A stretch of DNA of 22,373 nucleotides, taken from the NCBI RefSeq assembly GCF_004010195.1, contig NC_057753.1:434536-456908 (forward strand), written 5' to 3'. Shown here in pieces: positions 10,584-20,594 of this stretch. A program made the translations under genes and the position numbers. Origin of the DNA: Chiloscyllium plagiosum. Its lineage: Eukaryota. Numbering within the stretch: the first letter of the stretch is position 1; each line of letters opens with the position of its first letter. The notes beneath the pieces were generated by a model, which saw only the letters and a list, made by a program, of their open reading frames with translations, did not search any database and was not told the DNA's origin.

Positions 10584-12527
10584 AAGAGTTATAGCTGGGG
10601 GAAAGGCAATTACGATGCGATTAGGCAAGATTTAGAAAGCGTAGGATGGGGAAGGAAACTGCAGGGGATGGGCACATTAGAAATGTGGAGCTTATTCAAG
10701 GAAAAGCTCCTGTGTGTCCTAGATAAGTATGTACCTGTCAGGCAGGGAGGAAGCTGTAGAGCNNNNNNNNNNNNNNNNNNNNNNNNNNNNNNNNNNNNNN
10801 NNNNNNNNNNNNNNNNNNNNNNNNNNNNNNNNNNNNNNNNNNNNNNNNNNNNNNNNNNNNNNNNNNNNNNNGACAGCATTCACTCTAGAAAACGACAATG
10901 TTGTCGAGGAGAGTACTGAGATACAGGCTACTAGACTAGGTGGGATTGAGGTTCACGAGGAAGAGGTATTAGACATCCTGCAGAGCATGAAAATAGGTAA
11001 GTCCCCTGGGCCGGGTGGGATTTATCCTAGGATCCTCTGAGAAGCCAGGGAGGAGAGTACCGAGCCTTTGGCATTGATCTTTAAATTGTCATTGTCTACA
11101 GGAATAGTGCCAGAAGACTGGAGGATAGCAAATGTGGTTCCCCTGTTCAAGAAGGGGAGTAGAGACAACCCTGGTAATTATAGACCAGTGAGCCTTACTT
11201 CAGTTGCTGGAAAAGTGTTGGAAAAGGTTATAAGAGATAGGATTTATAATCATCTAGAAAAGAATAATTTGATTAGGGATAGTCAGCACGGTTTTGTGAA
11301 GGGTAGGTCGTGTCTCACAAGCCTTATTGAGTTCTTTGAGAAGGTGACCAAACAGGTAGATGAGAGTAAACCGGTTGGTGTGGTGTATATGGATTTCAGC
11401 AAAGCGTTCGATAAGGTTCCCCACAGTAGGCCATTGTACAAAATGCGGAGGAATGGGATTGTGGGAAATATAGCAGTTTGGATCAGTAATTGGTTTGCTG
11501 TAAGAAGACAGAGGGTGGTGGTTGATGGGAAATGTTCGTCCTGGAGTCCAGTTACTAGTGGTGTACCACAAGGGTCGGTGTTGGGTCCACTGCTGTTCAT
11601 CAATCTTATAAATGACCTGGATGAGGGCGTAGAAGGGTGGGTTAGTAAATTTGCAGACGACACTAAGGTCGGTGAAGTTGTGGATAGTGACGAAGGATGT
11701 TGTAGGTTACAGAGAGACATAGATAAGCTGCAGAGTTGGGCTGAAAGGTGGCAAATGGAGTTTATGCAGACAAGTGTGAGGTGATTCACTTTGGTCAGAG
11801 TAACCAGATTGCAAAGTACTGAGCTAATGGTAAGATTCTTGGTAGTGTAGATGAGCAGGGAGATCTCAGTGTCCAGGTACACAGATCCTTGAAAGTTGCC
11901 ACCCAGGTTGACAGGATTGTTAAGAAGGCTTACAGTGTATTAGCTTTTATTAATAGAGAGATCAAGTTCCGGAACCATGAGGTTATGCTACAGCTGTACA
12001 AAACTCTGGTACGGCCACACTTGGAGTATTGTGTACAGTTCTGGTCACCACATTATAAGAAGGATGTGGAAGGGGTGCAGAGGAGATTTACTAGGATGTT
12101 GCCAGGTATGGAGGGAAGGTCTTATGAGGAAAGGCTAAGGGACTTGAGGCTGTTTTTGTTGGAGAGAAGAAGGTTGAGAGGTGACTTATAGAGACACACA
12201 AGATAATCAGAGGGTTAGATGGGGTGGACAGGGAGAGCCTTTTTCCAAGTATGGTGACAGTGAGCACGAGGGGGCATAGCTTTAAATTGAGGGGTGATAG
12301 ATATAGACAGATGTCAGAGGTACTTTCTTTACTCAGAGAGTAGTAAGGGTATGGAATGCTTTAACTGCAACGGTAGTAGATTCGCCAACTTTAAGTGCAT
12401 TTAAGTCGTCATTAGACAAACATATGGGCATACATGGAATAGTGTAGGTTAGATGGGCTTCAGATTGGTATGACAGGTCGGCACAACATCGAGGGCCGAA
12501 GGGCCTGTACTGTGCTGTAATGTTCTA
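10584..12527 (+). mobile_element. 5'-truncated HER1-like CR1 LINE (RT), inactive
   Basis: KSPGPGG, PGNYRPVSLTS, QHGFVKGRSC, YMDFSKAFDKV, GVPQGSVLGP, KFADD, LVRPHLEYCVQFWSP. Premature TGA at 11038-11040 and frameshifts. 3' end GGGCCGAAGGGCCTG is shared with the HE1 SINEs. Contains gap 10763-10871. Confidence 0.95.
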
Positions 12528-13780
12528 CGGATGCGTGTCTGTGTTTATCCCTCTGTGTGTCTGTTTGCTCCTGTATTCGTGTCTGTGTTTATCCCTGTGT
12601 GTGTCTGTTTGCTCCTCTATGCATGTCTGTGTTTATGTCTGTTTGTTCCTGTATGCGTGTCTGTGTTTGTCCGTGTGTGTCTGTTTGCTCCTCTATGCAT
12701 GTCTGTGTTTATGTCTGTTTGTTCCTGTATGNNNNNNNNNNNNNNNNNNNNNNNNNNNNNNNNNNNNNNNNNNNNNNNNNNNNNNNNNNNNNNNNNNNNN
12801 NNNNNNNNNNNNNNNNNNNNNNNNNNNNNNNNNNNNNNNNNNNNNNNNNNNNNNNNNNNNNNNNNNNNNNNNNNNNNNNNNNNNNNNNNNNNNNNNNNNN
12901 NNNNNNNNNNNNNNNNNNNNNNNNNNNNNNNNNNNNNNNNNNNNNNNNNNNNNNNNNNNNNNNNNNNNNNNNNNNNNNNNNNNNNNNNNNNNNNNNNNNN
13001 NNNNNNNNNNNNNNNNNNNNNNNNNNNNNNNNNNNNNNNNNNNNNNNNNNNNNNNNNNNNNNNNNNNNNNNNNNNNNNNNNNNNNNNNNNNNNNNNNNNN
13101 NNNNNNNNNNNNNNNNNNNNNNNNNNNNNNNNNNNNNNNNNNNNNNNNNNNNNNNNNNNNNNNNNNNNNNNNNNNNNNNNNNNNNNNNNNNNNNNNNNNN
13201 NNNNNNNNNNNNNNNNNNNNNNNNNNNNNNNNNNNNNNNNNNNNNNNNNNNNNNNNNNNNNNNNNNNNNNNNNNNNNNNNNNNNNNNNNNNNNNNNNNNN
13301 NNNNNNNNNNNNNNNNNNNNNNNNNNNNNNNNNNNNNNNNNNNNNNNNNNNNNNNNNNNNNNNNNNNNNNNNNNNNNNNNNNNNNNNNNNNNNNNNNNNN
13401 NNNNNNNNNNNNNNNNNNNNNNNNNNNNNNNNNNNNNNNNNNNNNNNNNNNNNNNNNNNNNNNNNNNNNNNNNNNNNNNNNNNNNNNNNNNNNNNNTTTG
13501 CTCCTTTATGCATGTCTGTATTTATCTCTCTGTGTATCTGTTTGCTCCTGTACACGTGTCTGTGTTTACCCAGTGTCTGTTTGCTCCTGTATGCGTGTCT
13601 GTGTTTGTCCCTGGGTGTGTCTGTTTGCTCGTGGTTATGTGCCTGTGTTTGTCCGTGTGGTCTGTTTGCTCCTCTATGCGTGCCTGTGTTTATCCCTCTG
13701 TGTATCTGTTTGCTCCTGGATGCATGTCAGTGTTTGTCCGTGAGTGCGCATCTGTGTTTCTCTGTGCGCATCTGTGTCTG
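12528..13780. repeat. TG-rich minisatellite, right part (spans gap 12732-13497)
   Basis: Same unit as 10170-10583 on both sides of the gap. Confidence 0.88.
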
Positions 13781-14109
13781 TTCTTCTCTGACCTTGCACA
13801 GCTGTTCCTTCCTGCCCGTTTGTTTCTATGTTTGCCCCTATACCCTGTTGGTTGGTTCCCTCCTCTCTCTCACAGTTAAATCATGAATCAACTGACCATG
13901 GCACACATGTGGACCCAGGGCTTGCCTGCAAATGCTTCCCTCCTTTCGGAAAATCCTGAAGGTGAAGCCAGAAGATTTCCACTTCAGTATCTGTGATGGC
14001 AGGTGGCTTTGTGATGCAGCGGGTTCGAGTCCCATTTCAAGACGCGAATAGCAGGCAAAGTGCGTTCTAAACATGGCCAAGCAAGTTGATTCTCAACCTG
14101 TAAATTATT

Positions 14110-14378
14110 GTCTCAGCACCTTCTAAACTGGGACGTTTACCCAGTTTAGATGCTCCAGATGCATGGGTACACCACCCCATGTAAATTATCCTCCAATACA
14201 CCATCCTAACTTGGAAATAAATCACCATTCTTTCGTTGTTGTTGGGTCAAAGCCCTGGAACTCCCTGCTTAACAGTGTTGTGGGTTTCCCAGCAGCACAT
14301 GGACTGCAGCGATTCAAGCAGCAGCTAACCACCACCTTCTCAAGGGGCAACTAGGTGTGGGCAATAAACACTGGCCCA
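14110..14378 (+). mobile_element. LINE 3' tail fragment (4001-7375 family)
   Basis: Colinear with 7075-7335 and 9077-9250 (TTGGAAAT...CCACCACCTTCTCAAGGGGCAACTAGG). Confidence 0.75.
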
Positions 14379-14380
14379 AA

Positions 14381-14780
14381 GAGTAGGTCATAGAGATGTA
14401 CAGCATGGAAACAGACCCTTTGGTCCAACCGTCCATGCCGACCAGATATCCCAACCCATTCTAGTCCCACCTGCCAGCACCCGGCCCATATCCCTCCAAA
14501 CCCTTCCTATTCATAAACCCATCCAAATGCCTTTTAATAGTTGCAATTGTACCAGCCTCCACCACATGCTCTGGCAGCTCATTCCATACACGTACCACCC
14601 TCTGCATGAAAAGGTTGCCCCTTAGGTCTCTTTTATATCTTTCCTCTCTCACCCTAAACCTATGCCCTCTCATTCTGGACTCCCCCACCCGTGGGAAAAG
14701 ACTTTGCCTATTTATCCTATCCATGCCCCTCATGATTTTGTAAACCTCTATAAGGTCACCCCTCAGCCTCCGACGCTTCA
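14381..14780 (-). mobile_element. CR1/HER1-like LINE 3' end (runs into gap 14781-15299)
   Basis: KRRRLRGDLIEVYKIMRGMDR...GHRFRV...QRVVRVWNELP. Confidence 0.92.
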
Positions 14781-15299
14781 NNNNNNNNNNNNNNNNNNNN
14801 NNNNNNNNNNNNNNNNNNNNNNNNNNNNNNNNNNNNNNNNNNNNNNNNNNNNNNNNNNNNNNNNNNNNNNNNNNNNNNNNNNNNNNNNNNNNNNNNNNNN
14901 NNNNNNNNNNNNNNNNNNNNNNNNNNNNNNNNNNNNNNNNNNNNNNNNNNNNNNNNNNNNNNNNNNNNNNNNNNNNNNNNNNNNNNNNNNNNNNNNNNNN
15001 NNNNNNNNNNNNNNNNNNNNNNNNNNNNNNNNNNNNNNNNNNNNNNNNNNNNNNNNNNNNNNNNNNNNNNNNNNNNNNNNNNNNNNNNNNNNNNNNNNNN
15101 NNNNNNNNNNNNNNNNNNNNNNNNNNNNNNNNNNNNNNNNNNNNNNNNNNNNNNNNNNNNNNNNNNNNNNNNNNNNNNNNNNNNNNNNNNNNNNNNNNNN
15201 NNNNNNNNNNNNNNNNNNNNNNNNNNNNNNNNNNNNNNNNNNNNNNNNNNNNNNNNNNNNNNNNNNNNNNNNNNNNNNNNNNNNNNNNNNNNNNNNNNN

Positions 15300-16936
15300 A
15301 AGGAGAGAGCTCAGAAGAGCCAGGAGGAGACATGAGAAGTTGTTGGCAGATAGGATCAGGGTAAACCCTAAGGCTTTCTATAGGTATTTAAGGGATAAAA
15401 GAATGACGAGAATAAGATTAGGCACAATCAAGGATAGTAGTGGGAAGTTGTGTGTGGAGTCAGAGGAGACAGGGGAAGCACTAAATGAATATTTTTCTGA
15501 CAGCATTCACTCTAGAAAACGACAATGTTGTCGAGGAGAGTACTGAGATACAGGCTACTAGACTAGGGGGTGGGATTGAGGTTCACAAGGAAGAGGTATT
15601 AGAAATCCTGCAGAGCATGAAAATAGATAAGTCCCCTGGGCCGGGTGGGATTTATCCTAGGATCCTCTGGGAAGCCAGGGAGGAGATTACCGAGCCTTTG
15701 GCATTGATCTTTAAATTGTCATTGTCTACAGGTATAGTGCCAGAAGACTGGAGGATAGCAAATGTGATTCCCCTGTTCAAGAAGGGGAGTAGAGACAACC
15801 CTGGTAATTATAGACCAGTAAGCCTTACTTCTGTTGTTGGTAAAGTGTTGGAAAAGGTTATAAGAGAAGGATTTATAATCGGCTAGAAAAGAATAATTTG
15901 AATAGGGATAGTCAGCACGGTTTTGTGAAGGGTAGGTCGTGCCTCACAAACCTTATTGTGTTCTTTGAGAAGGTGACCAAACAGGTAGATGAGAGTAAAC
16001 TGGTGGTTGTGTTGTATATGGATTTCAGCAAGGCGTTCGATAAGGTTCCCCACAGTAGGTTATTGTACAAAATGCGGAGGAATGGGATTGTGGGAGATAT
16101 AGCAGTTTGGATCATTAATTGGCTTGCTGAAAGAAGACAGAGGGTGGTGGTTGATGGGAAATGTTCATCCTGGAGTCCAATTACTAGTGGTGTACCGCAA
16201 GAGTCAGTTTTGGGTCCACTGCTGTTTGTCATCTTTATAAACGACCTGGATGAGGGTGTAGAAGGATGGGTTAGTAAATTTGCAGATGACACTAAGGTCG
16301 GTGAAGTTGTGGATAGTGACGAAGGATGTTGTAAATTAGAGAGAGACATAGATAAACTGCAGAGCTGGGCTGAGAGGTGGCAAATGGAGTTTAATGCAGC
16401 CAAGTATGAGGTGATTTACTTTGGTCAGAGTAACCGGAATGCAAAGTACTGATGGTAAGATTCTTGGTAGTGCAGATGAGCAGAGAGATCTGTGTCCATG
16501 TACACAGATCCTTGAAAGTTGCCACCCAGGTTGACAGGGTTAAGAAGGCTTACAGTGTTTTTGCTTTTATTAATAGAGAGATCGGGTTCCGGAGCCATGA
16601 GGTTATGCTACAGCTGTACAAAACTCTGGTGCAGCCGCACTTGGAGTATTGTGTACAGTTCTGGTCACCGCATTATAAGAAGGATGTGGAAGCTTTGGAA
16701 AGGGTGCAGAGGAGATTTACTAGGATGACAGATGTCAGAGGTAGTTTCTTTACTCAGAGAGTAGTAATGCTTTGCCTGCAACGGTAGTAGATTTGCCTAC
16801 TTTAAGTCGTCATTGGACAAGCATATGGATGTACATGGAATAGTGTAGGTTAGATGGGCTTCAGATTGGTATGACAGGTCGGTGCAACATCGAAGGCCGA
16901 AGAGCCTGTACTGCGCTGTAATGTTCTATATTCTAT
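15300..16936 (+). mobile_element. HER1-like CR1 LINE (RT), inactive, internally deleted
   Basis: Closely similar to 10872-12527. Frameshifts near 15870 and 16450. Lacks ~208 bp equivalent to 12099-12306. Tail TGTAATGTTCTATATTCTAT. Confidence 0.95.
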
Positions 16937-16949
16937 CTCACCATTTGTG

Positions 16950-18070
16950 GAGAGAGAGTCAAGTATGACTTTTCTCTGGAACTAAAAGAAGCTTGCTTCA
17001 TCATTATCTAGGTTTAACGTGAGCATTGAATTCACTGCTTCTCTCTTTTGGCATATGTTGCCCGAACCTGCTGTGTGACTCCAGCATTTCCGGTGTTTAT
17101 TTCAGATTTCCAGCAATCACAGCATTTGGCCTTTGATTTAGTGAAGAGGAGTCAGGCTGGACTCGAGGTGGTAATTCTGCTTCTCTCTCCACAGATGTTG
17201 CTCGACCTGCTGAGCTTCTATGTACTATGCTTGTTTCAGATTTCTTCAGTATTTTGCTTTTATTTATTGAAGCAGAGTCATACTGGATTCAAAACATTAC
17301 GGGCTGGGGCTCCTTCCCTCCTTCCACAGATGCTGCCAGGCTCAGTCAGTTTCTCCAGCGTTTTCTGCATATGGTTCAGATTTCCAGCATCCCACAGTAT
17401 TTTCCTTTTATTCTTAACCCCACTAAAAAGAGAATCACACCAGACTCCAAACGTTAACTCCGTTTCCCTATCCGCAGATGCTGCTTGACTCGCTGAATGT
17501 TGCCCGCTGTTGCTGATTTTCTTGCAGTATACCCTGTGCTTCTTTCAGATTGCCAGCCTTCACAACATTTGGCTTTCATTTATCATGGAAGAGTCATAGG
17601 AGAGTCGACACGTTGCTTCTGGGGCTTTTCCCCTCTCCCCACAGATGCTGCCAGACCCATTGACCCATTTTCAGCATTTGTTTCAGATTTCCGACATCCA
17701 CAGTGTTTTGATTTTTTCATGCCCCACCCTCAACCCCAACCCCAACAATAAGAATCATAGCAAACACAAAACATCAACTCTGGGTCACTTTCCTTCTCTC
17801 CACAGATGTAACAAAACCTGCTGAGTTTCTCCAACATCTTCTGTGACTGTTTCAGATTTCCATCAATATTTCCTTTTTATTCCCACTCCCTCCCCCAGAG
17901 TAGAATCACACTGGACTTGAAACATTAACTCTGCTTCTCCCTCTGCTGATGTGGCCAGACCTGCTGAGTTCTCTAGCATTTTCCGTGTTTGTTTCAGAAT
18001 TCCAGATCTGTACTATTTTCCTCTTAATTTACTCAAGAAGAGTCTCTCTGGACCCAAAACACTGTATCGT
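16950..18070 (+). repeat. Degenerate tandem array (134-169-bp units) with hammerhead-like cores
   Basis: Anchor TTCAGA at 17101, 17235, 17375, 17544, 17682, 17851, 17993. Units carry CAGATGCTGC...ACCTGCTGAG-like and GAGTC-N6-GACTC-GAAAC-like motifs. Confidence 0.8.
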
Positions 18071-18095
18071 GGTTTATTTCCCTCTGTCCTCGGAT

Positions 18096-18165
18096 GCCAC
18101 CAGGGACCCAGGTTCCACCTTCGGGCAGTTTGCACATTTTCCCAGGGTCTGTGCGGGTTTCCTTC
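18096..18165 (+). mobile_element. Degenerate HE1-like SINE fragment
   Basis: CCAGGGACCCAGGTTC...GTTTGCACATT...GTCTGTGCGGGTTTCC matches 18639-18720. Confidence 0.6.
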
Positions 18166-18595
18166 TGGTCTGGCCCAGCACAGTGTGGCATCCTTTTGTC
18201 CTGGCATGACGGTCTCCCAGCCCAGCATGGTGGTCTCTTGGTGGCCCATAGCAGTCTTTTGCCCTGTTGTAACCTCAGCGTGGACTTCCACCTCAAGGTG
18301 ATTCCAGTGTGGTCTCTCGGCCTCTAGTTGAAGCCCAGCGTGGTCTGAAGGCTAGCTGCCAGTGTGGACTGGGTTGGAAAGACTGGCGTTCTGAACTTTT
18401 TATTTTCCCTATTTTCCAACTTATTCCTCCGATCTGCAATGCTGGACTTTTTGTTTCTTGATTTGTCTTAATCTTTTCCCCGAAGAACTTGCACTGAACT
18501 GTCCACACCTGGGTACCTTGTTCCGAAGATGGCACCTTAAATGGTGACTTGTAAACCTTTTTGTTTCAGGGATTCCATTTTCTGTCACCGTGTTA

Positions 18596-18900
18596 GGCAG
18601 CACGGTGGCCCAATAGTTAGCACTGCTGCCTCACAGCGCCAGGGACCCAGGTTCGATTCCAGCCTTGGGCAACTGTCTGTGTGAAGTTTGCACATTCTCC
18701 CCGTGTCTGCGTGGGTGGGTGCTTCCACAGTCCAAACATGTGCAGGTCAGGGTGAATTGGCCACGCTAAATTGCTCATAGTCTTAGGTGCATTAGTCAGA
18801 TGGAAACGGGTCTGGGTAGGTTACTATTTGGAGGGTCGGTGTGGACTTGTTGGGCCGAAGGGCCTGCTTCCACACTGTACGGAATCTAACTAATCTATCT
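18596..18900 (+). mobile_element. HE1-like tRNA-derived SINE
   Basis: GGCAGCACGGTGGCCCAATAGTTAGCACTGCTGCCTCACAGCGCC, B box GGTTCGATTCC, tail GGGCCGAAGGGCCTG, then short simple repeats. Confidence 0.92.
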
Positions 18901-18958
18901 TTACCAGATGACGCAATCTCATAACAACATTACTCTGCTCATCTGTTGGACTTCCCCA

Positions 18959-19634
18959 TGTAAGGTATAGGGTTAAAATTGTGCAGAATAAGGGAACCGG
19001 TGTTGCTTCTGCAAAAGCTTGCATTATAAAATTAGGCTGCACATGCAAATACTCAACAGTGATAAGCGAAAACAGATAGAATTATCTATGACTAATACGG
19101 CAAAGCAATCGTGGAGCGGGATGTACCAGGCATAGGAAAACAGAAGTAGCAAAAACAAGTAGAATTATCTCTAATAGGGCAGAGCGACTGTGTAGCAGGA
19201 TGTACCAGTAACAGGAGAATAGTGTGCCAGTCTCAGGAGGGATGTGGCCAACGGATGGAATTTAGTTTGGCAGGATGATCGCACGAAGACAACAAACTAT
19301 GCCAGGATAGTCACATCTAAGGAACGAGATAAATAAGAGTAAGGGTCGACAGGCTCAGAGTAATGGGAGAAGTAAACAGAGGCGGAGAGAAGCGAGACAA
19401 AGGTGGAGCGAAGCTAGAGCTTGTGACTGGCTACTTTTACTGTAGCACGTAGCCTATGGGGTGAAAAGGGAGGACCGAGAGATGCAGCTGAACAGCACAA
19501 ATCAGAATGTAACCCTCAGATCGGGGTGCTTACTCGTTGGGCACCCGTTCTTGCAAGTACGTATCAATAAAATTCACTGCTTCAGAATTTCACTTGGACT
19601 GAAATTTATTAATATGTGAGTTTTGTTTCTCACA
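18959..19634 (+). mobile_element. Probable solo LTR (endogenous retrovirus/LTR retrotransposon)
   Basis: TGTAAG...CTCACA termini; near-TSD CCCA (18955-18958)/CGCA (19635-19638); AATAAA at 19566-19571; hairpin GGGTGCTT/GGGCACCC 19524-19546; internal ~80-bp duplication (AGAATTATCT at 19078 and 19161; GGATGTACCAG at 19119 and 19198). Confidence 0.65.
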
Positions 19635-19899
19635 CGCAGAAGCAGAATTTGAAGAATTTGAAGAACAGTAATCATTGCCCCAGTAAACTCAAACCCACCA
19701 CACATCAGGAAAACAACAATTTCAAGAGCCACTGCATTCAAAGTGGTAAGAGACAACAGACATAAGTTAGCAACAAAAGCAGTTCTAATTTTAAAAAAAA
19801 CAAACCTGACACGTCCCTGGACAAACTTGGAAACTTTTCACTGCTCACATGTGACATTAAAGCGAATTCAATTCATTCAGCATTTTCGCTGAGTCCCTC

Positions 19900-20590
19900 C
19901 CCTGGCAAGAGGCGATGCCCCGCCCCCTCACGCTGCTGCCCCGCCCACCTCGTGCGGCCGCGCCCACTCCCACTCCCGGCGGCAAGGGCTCTGACTCCGG
20001 CCCCGCCCACTCCATGCGGGCCCCGCCCAGCTGCTTCATGCCCCGCCCATTACCAGCGAGGAGCCCCTCACGAGACAGCCGCGCAGGCGCCCCCTACCTA
20101 AGATGGCGGCGACCGGTCAACGGTCTTCGATCCCGACCCGCGAAAATGGCGGCTGCTCCGCTCCAACGGGCCGGCCTCTTCCCGCCCCAAAAGGTGGGAT
20201 AAGTACATATTAAAACAACAGAGATCTGTTCTCCGCCCTTTCTCTCCGCTCCGCGCACAAAGTCTTCGGAAAGCTGGCGAGCCCCCAAACATCCCGAGGG
20301 TTTCCGTTCCGCGATCACCGTTCCTACCCGCATGTGCGTCCTCTCCTCCCCCCAGATGCCCGGCGACGCGGCGCATGCTCCCAGCGTAGCCGCCCCCCGC
20401 GCGCCGACACCGCGGCCACGCCCCACCCAGCCCCGCGCGCCGACACCCCGGCCACGCCCCACCCAGCCCCGCGCGCCGACACCCCGGCCACGCCCCACCC
20501 AGCCCCGCGCGCCGATACCCCGGCCACGCCCCACCCAGCCCCGCGCGCACTAACGGCCCCCCGCGCGCCGAGCTCCCCTAAGTCCCCCGG
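19900..20590. promoter_or_regulatory. CpG-island promoter
   Basis: Very GC- and CpG-rich. Several CCCCGCCC GC boxes at 19918-20048; YY1 motifs AAGATGGCGGC (20100-20110) and AAAATGGCGGC (20143-20153); E2F-like TTCCCGCC (20179-20186); NRF1-like CGCATGTGCG (20329-20338) and GCGCATGC (20371-20378). Confidence 0.8.
20395..20548. repeat. 36-bp GC-rich VNTR, ~4.3 copies
   Basis: Unit CCCCGCGCGCCGACACCCCGGCCACGCCCCACCCAG starts at 20395, 20431, 20467, 20503, with a partial copy at 20539. Confidence 0.95.
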
Positions 20591-20594
20591 CCTT

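Noticed and set aside
11068..11784. 238-aa RT ORF as a domesticated or host gene
   Set aside because: Fragment of a CR1 LINE bounded by a premature stop and a frameshift.
10051..13886. Cys/Val/Leu-rich and N-spanning ORFs
   Set aside because: Artefacts of the TG-rich minisatellite and assembly gaps.
13897..14097. Candidate 201-nt minus-strand exon (TACAG|...ATG|GTCAGT)
   Set aside because: Poor polypyrimidine tract, contains a SINE-like B box, and no recognisable protein.
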